Virus record (IMG/VR): IMGVR_UViG_3300030060_006470 | Reading direction: 5' to 3' (one strand) | Source: an uncultured virus (IMG/VR IMGVR_UViG_3300030060_006470) | Taxonomy: Duplodnaviria; Heunggongvirae; Uroviricota; Caudoviricetes | Length of the DNA: 20,000 nucleotides | Shown here: positions 7,378-15,423 of the stretch, one piece after another | Numbering within the stretch: position 1 is the first letter of the stretch | How the letters are laid out: the number at the start of each line of letters is the position of its first letter | Made by a program: the position numbers and the translations under genes | Notes under the pieces: model-generated | Databases searched by the model: none | What the model saw: only the letters and a program-made list of their open reading frames with translations | What the model was told of the DNA's origin: nothing

Positions 7378-7490
7378 AAATTTAAAGGTAGTCTAATAGG
7401 CTACCTTTTTTTATGTCCAAAAAATAAATATTAAATATTATTTGCATATGTCAAATATTCTGTTATATTTTATTATATAGCAGAAATTGA
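7378..7490 (+). repeat. Intergenic repeat U6 (terminator and core, middle module missing)
   Basis: Terminator 7384-7412 identical to that of U5; core 7441-7488. Confidence 0.8.
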
Positions 7491-7577
7491 AATAAATAAT
7501 ATGTAGAATAGTTGCATCGTATTATAAGCCATTCTAAGAGCCTTTTATTTCTTAGATAGGTAAATATACCACTATGA

Positions 7578-7660
7578 CCCTACGGAGGGGGGAGGGGGTC
7601 TTATACCCCCCATAGACCCCCCCCTGTAAGCCCCCTTATAGTACCCCCCGTACCGTGTCG
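7578..7660. other. G/C homopolymer island (potential G-quadruplex or hairpin)
   Basis: G6 and G5 runs, then C6-N5-C8-N6-C5-N8-C6, in otherwise strongly AT-rich DNA. Confidence 0.7.
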
Positions 7661-7790
7661 TATATGGCCAGTTGATGCTGTAAACAAAAATTTTCTGGTA
7701 ATTTTTTTGGTAAAAAGGTAAGTCATATATATTAACCCTATTTATAAAAAATATTTTTTGGAAAATTTTTGACTTATTTTTTAGAGTTTA

Positions 7791-7798
7791 TATTTATA
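7791..7798 (+). promoter_or_regulatory. Putative phage late promoter TATTTATA
   Basis: Same octamer upstream of six leader-bearing genes. Confidence 0.6.
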
Positions 7799-7804
7799 TG
7801 ATAT

Positions 7805-8227
7805 ATGAAGTCACTTATAAAGAAGTTATTGAGGGAAGAATTGGTAAATAAATTAATCAGGTTAGAGATTGACGAGGTTCATAAACCTGGTGAATATACT
7901 CACGAAAATGTAAAGTTAGAAGACTTATATGTTTTAGAAAAAAATATGAATGAAGCTTGGAACATTAAGGGTGGTTCTAAAACTAAAGACCCCTTAGAGG
8001 TATTTCAAATGTTAGATAATAGTAAATTTTTACTTGACGGTCATCATAGGGTTTGTGATTATATAATTAAAAGTGGTATTATAGATAAAGAAGAAATTCT
8101 TAAATTAGAGATATATTCTAATATATTACAAACACCTATTAAAAATTCGATAGAAGCTTTAGGTGCAAAACTTTTTAATGGTTACATACCCTTTATTGAA
8201 TGGTTAAAAAAAATTAACATATATTAA
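7805..8227 (+). CDS. ParB/Srx-like N-terminal-domain protein with conserved leader
   Basis: DPLEV...LLDGHHRV motif; N-terminus MKSLIKKLLREEL. Confidence 0.7.
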   Translation: MKSLIKKLLREELVNKLIRLEIDEVHKPGEYTHENVKLEDLYVLEKNMNEAWNIKGGSKTKDPLEVFQMLDNSKFLLDGHHRVCDYIIKSGIIDKEEILKLEIYSNILQTPIKNSIEALGAKLFNGYIPFIEWLKKINIY

Positions 8228-8273
8228 GTCTCTTTTTAAAAAAATATTTTTTGGTAAATTTTTGGTTAATTTT

Positions 8274-9080
8274 TTAGGGGGTAGTAATATTTTCAATACT
8301 AGTAACTAATACTTTCTTAACGCTTATTTCGGTTTCTTTATCTGTGATATTTCCTGTTGTAATATCTTTAGGGTTAAATTTAAAAGTAATTAATACTTCT
8401 TCATCAGCTAATTCTGAATAGTAATCTAAAACATATTGTTTATTTAGTGATAGATATATACCGTTACCTGGCATGGTAAGGACTTTACCTACTTTAATGT
8501 CTAGATTTAGTCTGGCGTTTGCGCCAGATGATATTTTACCATTTATAAGTGGCATAACCTTGTAACCCGTTAAAGTTGTATTAGTTTGGTTTGTTGATTC
8601 GTCTAATGACATTAATATTCTGTCTTGTGATATATCAGCAACCTTATAAAACCCATATTTGTTTGCTAATATTTTGGCTAACTTTGGGTTTATAACATCT
8701 ACCTCCATTTTAAATTCATCACCATACATGTCTTTTCTAAAATTAAACTCGTCAATGGCAGCTTGAATTAGTTTGTGTGATAACCCCATATTTTGATACC
8801 CATAATCTATTGCTATATCAAATGAAAAGTTTTCATTATCATTGTTAATCCAAATAGCGCCAATAACTCTATTATTATTTGTATCTATTAGTAGTCCGTT
8901 AAGTTCTTTATCTCTAAGTATGGTAACCCCTCCGTCTTTAGCTATTTTTTCAGCTTCATCTGCAGCTTCATATTCATCAATATCAAACTCAGATAAATCA
9001 ACATCGTCATGATAAGATACTAATTCATATTTTTCATTTAGCAGTCCTTCTCTAAGCAATTTTTTGATTAATTGTTTCAT
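8274..9080 (-). CDS. GNAT acetyltransferase plus possible ART-like C-terminal domain, with leader
   Basis: VIGAIW...FDIAIDYGYQNMGLSHKLI matches GNAT motif A; C-terminal GYKVM...GIYLS...ETEISV; leader MKQLIKKLLREGLLNE. Confidence 0.7.
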   Translation of the reverse strand: MKQLIKKLLREGLLNEKYELVSYHDDVDLSEFDIDEYEAADEAEKIAKDGGVTILRDKELNGLLIDTNNNRVIGAIWINNDNENFSFDIAIDYGYQNMGLSHKLIQAAIDEFNFRKDMYGDEFKMEVDVINPKLAKILANKYGFYKVADISQDRILMSLDESTNQTNTTLTGYKVMPLINGKISSGANARLNLDIKVGKVLTMPGNGIYLSLNKQYVLDYYSELADEEVLITFKFNPKDITTGNITDKETEISVKKVLVTSIENITTP

Positions 9081-9093
9081 GTATTAATTGTTT

Positions 9094-9663
9094 TTATTTC
9101 CACAATGATTTATCAGTAGGTGTTATATTGTAAACATCATTACCAAATATAACGTTGGTTACTTTAAATAGGCTTTTATCAAACAAACAAACATCATTAT
9201 ATGGTTGATTCATAATTTTCATATCAGTGAACCAAGAATCGTAATTTGTATTTTGTTTAAGGTATGGTGCTAGGTCTGCAAAATGATTCAAATCAAGTTC
9301 ATAAATCATTTCTTCCATCTCATCCCATGTTGTTTTAAATGTATTTTTTGCGTATGATTCAGCTTCAACTAAAAAGAGTAGTCCTCCACCGCTCTTATCA
9401 GATTTAAGACCAGCAAATTCCCTACCTGTAGATATATCATCTGTAAACCAATAGAAACCATCTTGTACCCTAGATTGGATATATTTTTGGAAAAAGTTAT
9501 TAATCTCAACCTTATCTGATGATAAGTTGTTCTTACTTAAAAAATCTTCCAATTTCCATATACCTGGTATAACGCCCCCATGATATAGTTTTGAATTAAG
9601 CCCTTCTTTGGTTATTTCACCTAATAATGATTCTCTTAGCAATTTTTTGATTAAGTGTTTCAT
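9094..9663 (-). CDS. Divergent ADP-ribosyltransferase-like protein with leader
   Basis: LYHGG...FYWFTDD...EFA...YDS...VCLFD; leader MKHLIKKLLRESLLGE. Confidence 0.6.
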   Translation of the reverse strand: MKHLIKKLLRESLLGEITKEGLNSKLYHGGVIPGIWKLEDFLSKNNLSSDKVEINNFFQKYIQSRVQDGFYWFTDDISTGREFAGLKSDKSGGGLLFLVEAESYAKNTFKTTWDEMEEMIYELDLNHFADLAPYLKQNTNYDSWFTDMKIMNQPYNDVCLFDKSLFKVTNVIFGNDVYNITPTDKSLWK

Positions 9664-9680
9664 CTATATATAAATATAAG

Positions 9681-10550
9681 TTAAAGATATGGGTTTAATG
9701 GTAATTCCCTATCATCTGGGTTATATTTGATTAATTGTTTATTTATTATATTTAGTTTATTTGCTTTATATACACATACGATAGGATTACCCCAATTAGT
9801 TGTATAGACTCCATCAATACCTAACTTAAGGAAAAACATTGTTGCCTTTCTAAGGCTATTAAAATGTGCTGCAATATAAAAATATAATGCATTAAAATTA
9901 GTTTCTAAATCTTCAAGACGTAATTCATTATAATAATCGTCCACATTTGGTGCAATGTCACTCAAATATATTTCTTCTTTATAATCAATCGTATTAACGG
10001 TTTTTAAAAAGTTAAAAACTTCTTCTTCACCTTTTAAATTTTTAGCCACCTCTTTATTTGTTTTTTCATCCCAAATAACCCACGTATTTGGTTTATAACC
10101 GTCATCTATAGCCCATTGTGGTAGTTCATCACCAAACCTATCCCAAGTATATGATATGTTATTTTCACCAATATGTAGACTATCAAAATCAAAAGTATCT
10201 AAAAGGTTAGATTCAAAAAATTTATAAAAATTAGGTATTTTATTAACTTTTTCTTTAATATAATCTGGTATGTCTCCGTGAAAATTTATTAAGTTCATAT
10301 TGGGGGGCATTTCTAAAGTATAAAGGTAACCATCCTTACTATCCTTTAATGCATACCCTTTAGCTTGGTCAATTTCTGGGGTTATATATACACCGTAACC
10401 TTCTGTAGCCCACCCAGGCTCATCTGGTGAATCACCCCATTTTAATTTAGGATATGGACTTCCATGATAATATCTATCATTTTTTGGGTTAAATTCATTT
10501 TTCTCATCCAACAACCCTTCTCTAAGCAATTTTTTTATTAAGTGTTTCAT
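9681..10550 (-). CDS. ADP-ribosyltransferase-like (ART-PolyVal-type) protein with leader
   Basis: YYHGS...GYGVYIT...AKGYA...GYLY...GIDGV; leader MKHLIKKLLREGLLDE. Confidence 0.7.
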   Translation of the reverse strand: MKHLIKKLLREGLLDEKNEFNPKNDRYYHGSPYPKLKWGDSPDEPGWATEGYGVYITPEIDQAKGYALKDSKDGYLYTLEMPPNMNLINFHGDIPDYIKEKVNKIPNFYKFFESNLLDTFDFDSLHIGENNISYTWDRFGDELPQWAIDDGYKPNTWVIWDEKTNKEVAKNLKGEEEVFNFLKTVNTIDYKEEIYLSDIAPNVDDYYNELRLEDLETNFNALYFYIAAHFNSLRKATMFFLKLGIDGVYTTNWGNPIVCVYKANKLNIINKQLIKYNPDDRELPLNPYL

Positions 10551-10581
10551 CTGTATATAAGTTAAGGTTCATAACCTAGAT

Positions 10582-11913
10582 TTAAGTTTTTTCTATTCTT
10601 TTTTTATGGGCTGACATAATATCTTGGAGGATATGGTCATTATTTAAGCGTTTAATAAAATCTTTATCATTAATCATCAAATTGTACATCTTTTTTGGGT
10701 TAGGATGATATTTTAACAATTCATCTATAGCCCCTTTGTCCTTATATAATTTTTCTCTAAAATCTTTGTTTTTAAATATAGTATCCACAATTTCTTCTGG
10801 ATTTTTAAAGCTGTTAGAAAAGTAAGCCAATGCTGTGTTCATTTTAGATATAACACTATCATAGCTTAATAATAATTTAACTAAGTTATTTTTGTCATTA
10901 CCCTTCATATCTGGGACCTCTATAAAATATGCCATATCTTCACTATCAATTATACCATTTATTTCATCTTCTGTTAAGTTGTTGATAAATTTATCAAACT
11001 CATCACCAAATTGCCTTAATATTTGTGGGTTTTCTGAGGTTTTTAAAATATTTAACATTTCAGCCTTGTCAATTAAACTTGGTCTGTTCTTTAACAGGTA
11101 TTTAAAGTTTTCTTCAGAAAAATCACCTACACTAAAGTTTCCAATTGAATCATATGATTCGCTCGTTCTTAAATCGTGAACCATATTACTATCTACCAGT
11201 AACCAAAGGATATATTTATGATATTTTTCATTTGGTTTTTCGTTACTTTTACCTCTTATTTGTATAACATATTTTTCTGTTGGGTGCCAATCTATTGTAA
11301 CATGCTCCCTGTTGTTTTTACGTAAGTGTAATAAATACATGCCATCATCTTGGGCTTCCCCACAATGACCCATAGATTCTTTAGACTTTTCACAATAATT
11401 ACTTTCAGTTAAAGCCCAATAATAACCATCATTGAATTTGTGAATTACTTTAACATTATCATCAATACCTTTAATTTCACCACCTACTTCAAGTGACTGG
11501 TGCCATTTGTCTGACATTTTAATAGCTTCATCCCATGTATATTGTTTTAGGTTAACTGAAGGTGTGCTTGGAGCTTCGCTCCAGTCTGTAATATACTTAT
11601 ACGATGGTAAAAGAGAGTCTAGTACTTCCTTAAAACTTAATTTATTTATATTAATATTTGGTTTATTTGTTGTTGTGAAAAATTTGATTATTTTTTCAAG
11701 GTCACGTCTTTTTTCAATTAAAAAACGTTTAGGGTCCTCTGGGTAATTAACCTTAGCTTGATTAGCTATCCATATAGAGTATTTATCAGATATATCGTGC
11801 GAAATATCAGCAGCCTCTTGGTCTAGGCCAATTTTATTTATAATAACCTTCCTATTATCCTTTTCGGTTAACAGCAGTCCTTCTCTTAGCAATTTTTTAA
11901 TTAAATGTTTCAT
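10582..11913 (-). CDS. PcfJ-like domain protein with leader
   Basis: MGHCG...LLHLRK...HVTID...IQIRGKSN; paralog of 15424-16910. Confidence 0.7.
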   Translation of the reverse strand: MKHLIKKLLREGLLLTEKDNRKVIINKIGLDQEAADISHDISDKYSIWIANQAKVNYPEDPKRFLIEKRRDLEKIIKFFTTTNKPNININKLSFKEVLDSLLPSYKYITDWSEAPSTPSVNLKQYTWDEAIKMSDKWHQSLEVGGEIKGIDDNVKVIHKFNDGYYWALTESNYCEKSKESMGHCGEAQDDGMYLLHLRKNNREHVTIDWHPTEKYVIQIRGKSNEKPNEKYHKYILWLLVDSNMVHDLRTSESYDSIGNFSVGDFSEENFKYLLKNRPSLIDKAEMLNILKTSENPQILRQFGDEFDKFINNLTEDEINGIIDSEDMAYFIEVPDMKGNDKNNLVKLLLSYDSVISKMNTALAYFSNSFKNPEEIVDTIFKNKDFREKLYKDKGAIDELLKYHPNPKKMYNLMINDKDFIKRLNNDHILQDIMSAHKKRIEKT

Positions 11914-11924
11914 TATTTGTTTTT

Positions 11925-13682
11925 TTAGATTCCTTCCGCACCGAATATTTTCATCACTTTTTCAGGGTGCTTTGAAAAGCTTATTAGTCTTCGTTTACTT
12001 TTTTCGTCTACATTATCAATAAATTCTTTACCTATAACCCCTAATATGTTCATTATCTTTTCTGGTTCTTCGGATTTAGTCAGTAGAAAATAAAACCTAT
12101 CTTGATTTTCTTCACCTCCTCCACCTAAAGAAGTTACAAATTCTTTACCTACATCCCCTAGTAAGTTATACAACCTTTCAGGTATTTTTGATTTTATTAG
12201 TAGAGCACGTATAATGCTATAAGAATCTGAGTCTTTTAGATTAGAGACATATTCTTTAAACTTATCACCCAACATATTTGCCACCTTTTCAGGTTCTTTT
12301 GAGAGGTTTAATAATTCATTTACCGTCATCATGCCACTAATATCCAAAATTCTACCATCTACTCTTGTCATCTTTAAATCTAAATTAGATATAAAATCTT
12401 TATGGTTTAATAACATATTAATCACCTTTTCGGGTTCTTCTGAGGATGTTACTAACGTGGTCACACCTAAATCGTTTGAATTACTTATATACGCATTCCT
12501 TTCTTTTTCTGGTAATAAAGATAACTCACCATATGTCAATCCTTCATACTTTTGTAGTTTAATTCTAATAACCCTTAATTGTTGTTTTGTAGATAATAAA
12601 TTAGTTTGTTCTTTACCCTTTGCTAAAAAATAACCACTTTCAATTAATGAATCCAACACTTCTGGTCTAAGCGATTTAATATTTTCATTACTTATTTTTA
12701 TATCTTCGGCATATAAATCTCTAATAAAATCTTTAGCTTCTACTTGACTACCATTAATAATTAAACCCTTTATTTCCTGGTCAATATAACCCTGTAGATT
12801 ATCATCATCATACCCCTTTGCCCATTTTATTATGTCTTCGTATCTTTTCTCATCCTCACTAATTTCTTGATATGGAAAATATTCTTCCAAACCGTAAAGG
12901 TTTGGTATTTCATTTTCTATATATTCCCATGATTCGTTATCGTCTTGGTTACCTCCAGCTCTGTCACCTTCATTACTTCTATCAGCAATAGCGTAGCCAT
13001 CTGGGTAATGCATGATAACTAATTTATGCTCGTCACCTTCTACGTTTTTTTGTAATACAAAATAAGGGGTAGCTCTATATTTAACTCTATATGTATTATA
13101 GAAATTTTCTTCAGCCTCTGAAATACACCATGATTCGCCTTGCCCGTATCTAACACACTTCGCTTTTGTGTTTGTGTCAAGTATAATAATGTCATCGTCT
13201 TCATAAACAACATCATCATCTTTAGGGTTATATATATCATTATCTTGCTTAATCGAAGTATCTTTAATCCATTTATTATTATTCACCAAATCAACCAAAC
13301 TCTTTTCTATTTTATCATTCATAGTCTTATTAGTTGGAAAAGGTCTGGCCTCATCGCCAAGTGATTTAATGTTTTTAACATAAGCATCAAGAAACTTCTT
13401 GGCTAAATCTTTATTATCAATAAATGCTGTAGTTTTAATCATTTTATTGATAGTGCTGTCGTACCAAGATTTAAATAAAGTGTCTAACTGGTCTTTAGAT
13501 TTAATTTGTTGTATATTACCAAAACTATTCTTAAATAAACCAGCAATGGCTAATTTATTTAATGTATCATCTGAAGAATCACCAATCTTTTTGGTAACGC
13601 CATTAATTATTTTATCGTTATATAAACTATTTTCGGTTAATAACAGTCCTTCTCTAAGCAATTTTTTGATTAAGTGTTTCAT
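11925..13682 (-). CDS. 585-aa protein with WCI motif (PcfJ-related?), C-terminal helical repeats and leader
   Basis: CVRYGQGESWCIS...FYNTY...PYFVL; five S-x-x-P-E-K/R repeats; leader MKHLIKKLLREGLLLTE. Confidence 0.65.
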   Translation of the reverse strand: MKHLIKKLLREGLLLTENSLYNDKIINGVTKKIGDSSDDTLNKLAIAGLFKNSFGNIQQIKSKDQLDTLFKSWYDSTINKMIKTTAFIDNKDLAKKFLDAYVKNIKSLGDEARPFPTNKTMNDKIEKSLVDLVNNNKWIKDTSIKQDNDIYNPKDDDVVYEDDDIIILDTNTKAKCVRYGQGESWCISEAEENFYNTYRVKYRATPYFVLQKNVEGDEHKLVIMHYPDGYAIADRSNEGDRAGGNQDDNESWEYIENEIPNLYGLEEYFPYQEISEDEKRYEDIIKWAKGYDDDNLQGYIDQEIKGLIINGSQVEAKDFIRDLYAEDIKISNENIKSLRPEVLDSLIESGYFLAKGKEQTNLLSTKQQLRVIRIKLQKYEGLTYGELSLLPEKERNAYISNSNDLGVTTLVTSSEEPEKVINMLLNHKDFISNLDLKMTRVDGRILDISGMMTVNELLNLSKEPEKVANMLGDKFKEYVSNLKDSDSYSIIRALLIKSKIPERLYNLLGDVGKEFVTSLGGGGEENQDRFYFLLTKSEEPEKIMNILGVIGKEFIDNVDEKSKRRLISFSKHPEKVMKIFGAEGI

Positions 13683-13729
13683 CTATATATAAATATAAGA
13701 TAATTTTCGTTTATAAAAAAAAATTTTTC

Positions 13730-13757
13730 AAAAAAAATGGACCTCAAAAGAGGTCCA
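13730..13757 (-). terminator. Intrinsic terminator
   Basis: Minus strand tggacctc-tttt-gaggtcca followed by a T-run. Confidence 0.8.
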
Positions 13758-13783
13758 CCAATCGTTAGTGATAATATATTATA

Positions 13784-15352
13784 TTATATTCTTTTCATTA
13801 ATTTTCTAACAATTCTTTCATGAAGTTCTTGTATATCATTTTTAAATGTATCGTTATAAATATCCTTAAGGTCGTTTGAGATGTCCTTTATCGAAGGCAC
13901 ATTAACCTTTATTATACCGCCTTCATTTTCTGATACATTTAAATCCCCAGACCTCTTTAAATTACCTTCAACATTAGTTATTAAGTGTTTTACGGAAGCA
14001 TTAACTAGTTTAGCGATATCGTTTATCTTTTTTTGAGCTTGATATTTATCAGATGATTGTGAACCAAAAAGTAAATTTCCGTTTACATCTTGCATACTAA
14101 AGGTTATACCAAAAGCTTCACAGAACTGCCAAGATGCCAGTTCACTTTGTTGGGTTTGTGATGCTGATGTTTTTATTTCTGGCGCTAATTGAGCAAACAT
14201 ACCACCTTTTTGTGTTAGGTAACCGTTTAGGATTTTACTAAGAATACTTTTAGCTAAGTCCTTTGTTAACCTGGCACTAGTGATATTACCTGAATCTTGT
14301 ACTGGAATACCAACACTTTCAGCGTATTCTTTAAGTCCATTATATATTTTACCTATACGTTCACTATCGCCAGATGTTTCTACATCATCACCTAAACCAC
14401 CAATAGACTTTAATCTTTCTTTAGCTGAACTCATTTTTTCTATTTCAGGGCCAATATTATCAGTTCTACCTTTCATTAATACAGTGTCAGAATAATCGTA
14501 GTTTGCAATCCACGTATAAGTACCCTTTTTATTATATGAATCTGGTCTGTTATTTTGTAAAGACCTTAATTTTTCTTTTTCTAGGGCTGTTAATTCACTC
14601 CTAGTCTTACCTAACCCGCTCAGGTAATCACTAGTGATATTTGCGTCCTCTGAATACCCAGCCATTTTAGTTAAAACGAATATCTTTTTAGCGTTAGGTT
14701 TGATTTTAAATCCCCATTCTTGCCATTTTCCTGGAGCGGCTACTATTGTTGCGTCTGGTTTTTGATTTCTTATAGCTAATGAGTTTTGCCCACTATGTTT
14801 ATACCCCTGACCTCTTTCTACAGCTGTCATTAACTTCATTTTCTCATGTAATTCATCACTAGATGCAAAAGAAAGTAATCGTTTTCTAAAGTTCTCTAAA
14901 TTATCAGTTATTTCTTTTTTTTCTTCTGGTGTTGCTTGATTAGGAACACCTTCGGTATGTTTTGAAAGACTTTCGATTAACTCTTGAAATACTAAATCAT
15001 ATTTATAGAATTCATTAACTTCATTAATTATCTGTTCAGCTGTACTATAGGCTTTGCTTGTATCGTATGAGCCATCACTTTCTGGTCTAATTGGAATATA
15101 CCATGCTCTAAATTTACTTTTAATAGTACGTGTTTTTTTATCTTTGTATTTTTTATAATCAGCTTTAAGTCCATATTTTTTCATTAGACCGCCCTTTTCA
15201 CCAGTAACTTCAGCTTTATTTTTTAAAAATTTATTTAGTTCTGAAGTGTTACCATATATGTATAGTCTTTTACTGTTACCAAATTTACTTTTTATTTCAT
15301 CAGTAATTCCAAACCCAAAATCATCTTTATTTTCAGTTATCAAAAATTTCAT
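13784..15352 (-). CDS. ArdC-like protein (ssDNA-binding ArdC-N domain, degenerate peptidase-like C-terminal region)
   Basis: YKHSGQNSLAIRNQKPDATIVAAPGKWQEWGFKIKPNAKKIFVL matches the ArdC-N pattern; no HExxH. Confidence 0.65.
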   Translation of the reverse strand: MKFLITENKDDFGFGITDEIKSKFGNSKRLYIYGNTSELNKFLKNKAEVTGEKGGLMKKYGLKADYKKYKDKKTRTIKSKFRAWYIPIRPESDGSYDTSKAYSTAEQIINEVNEFYKYDLVFQELIESLSKHTEGVPNQATPEEKKEITDNLENFRKRLLSFASSDELHEKMKLMTAVERGQGYKHSGQNSLAIRNQKPDATIVAAPGKWQEWGFKIKPNAKKIFVLTKMAGYSEDANITSDYLSGLGKTRSELTALEKEKLRSLQNNRPDSYNKKGTYTWIANYDYSDTVLMKGRTDNIGPEIEKMSSAKERLKSIGGLGDDVETSGDSERIGKIYNGLKEYAESVGIPVQDSGNITSARLTKDLAKSILSKILNGYLTQKGGMFAQLAPEIKTSASQTQQSELASWQFCEAFGITFSMQDVNGNLLFGSQSSDKYQAQKKINDIAKLVNASVKHLITNVEGNLKRSGDLNVSENEGGIIKVNVPSIKDISNDLKDIYNDTFKNDIQELHERIVRKLMKRI

Positions 15353-15367
15353 AATATCACTTTTTAA

Positions 15368-15407
15368 TATAAATATTATATTTTAATGTAAAAATTAAAT
15401 ATTTATA
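15368..15407. promoter_or_regulatory. Divergent pair of TATTTATA putative late promoters
   Basis: TATAAATA at 15368-15375 serves the minus-strand gene; TATTTATA at 15400-15407 serves the plus-strand gene. Confidence 0.6.
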
Positions 15408-15423
15408 TTTAAAATAACACTTT

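Noticed and set aside
3481..7490. CRISPR array
   Set aside because: Repeats are ~220 bp, degenerate and separated by whole genes; no cas genes are present
9669..9676. T4 gp55 late promoter TATAAATA
   Set aside because: It is on the template strand of the adjacent genes; the coding-strand motif is TATTTATA, so it is not the T4 element as such
10892..14495. Shadow ORFs 10892, 11507, 12331, 13040, 13140, 13399 and 14280
   Set aside because: Antisense or out-of-frame overlaps of longer motif-bearing genes, with no promoter or leader
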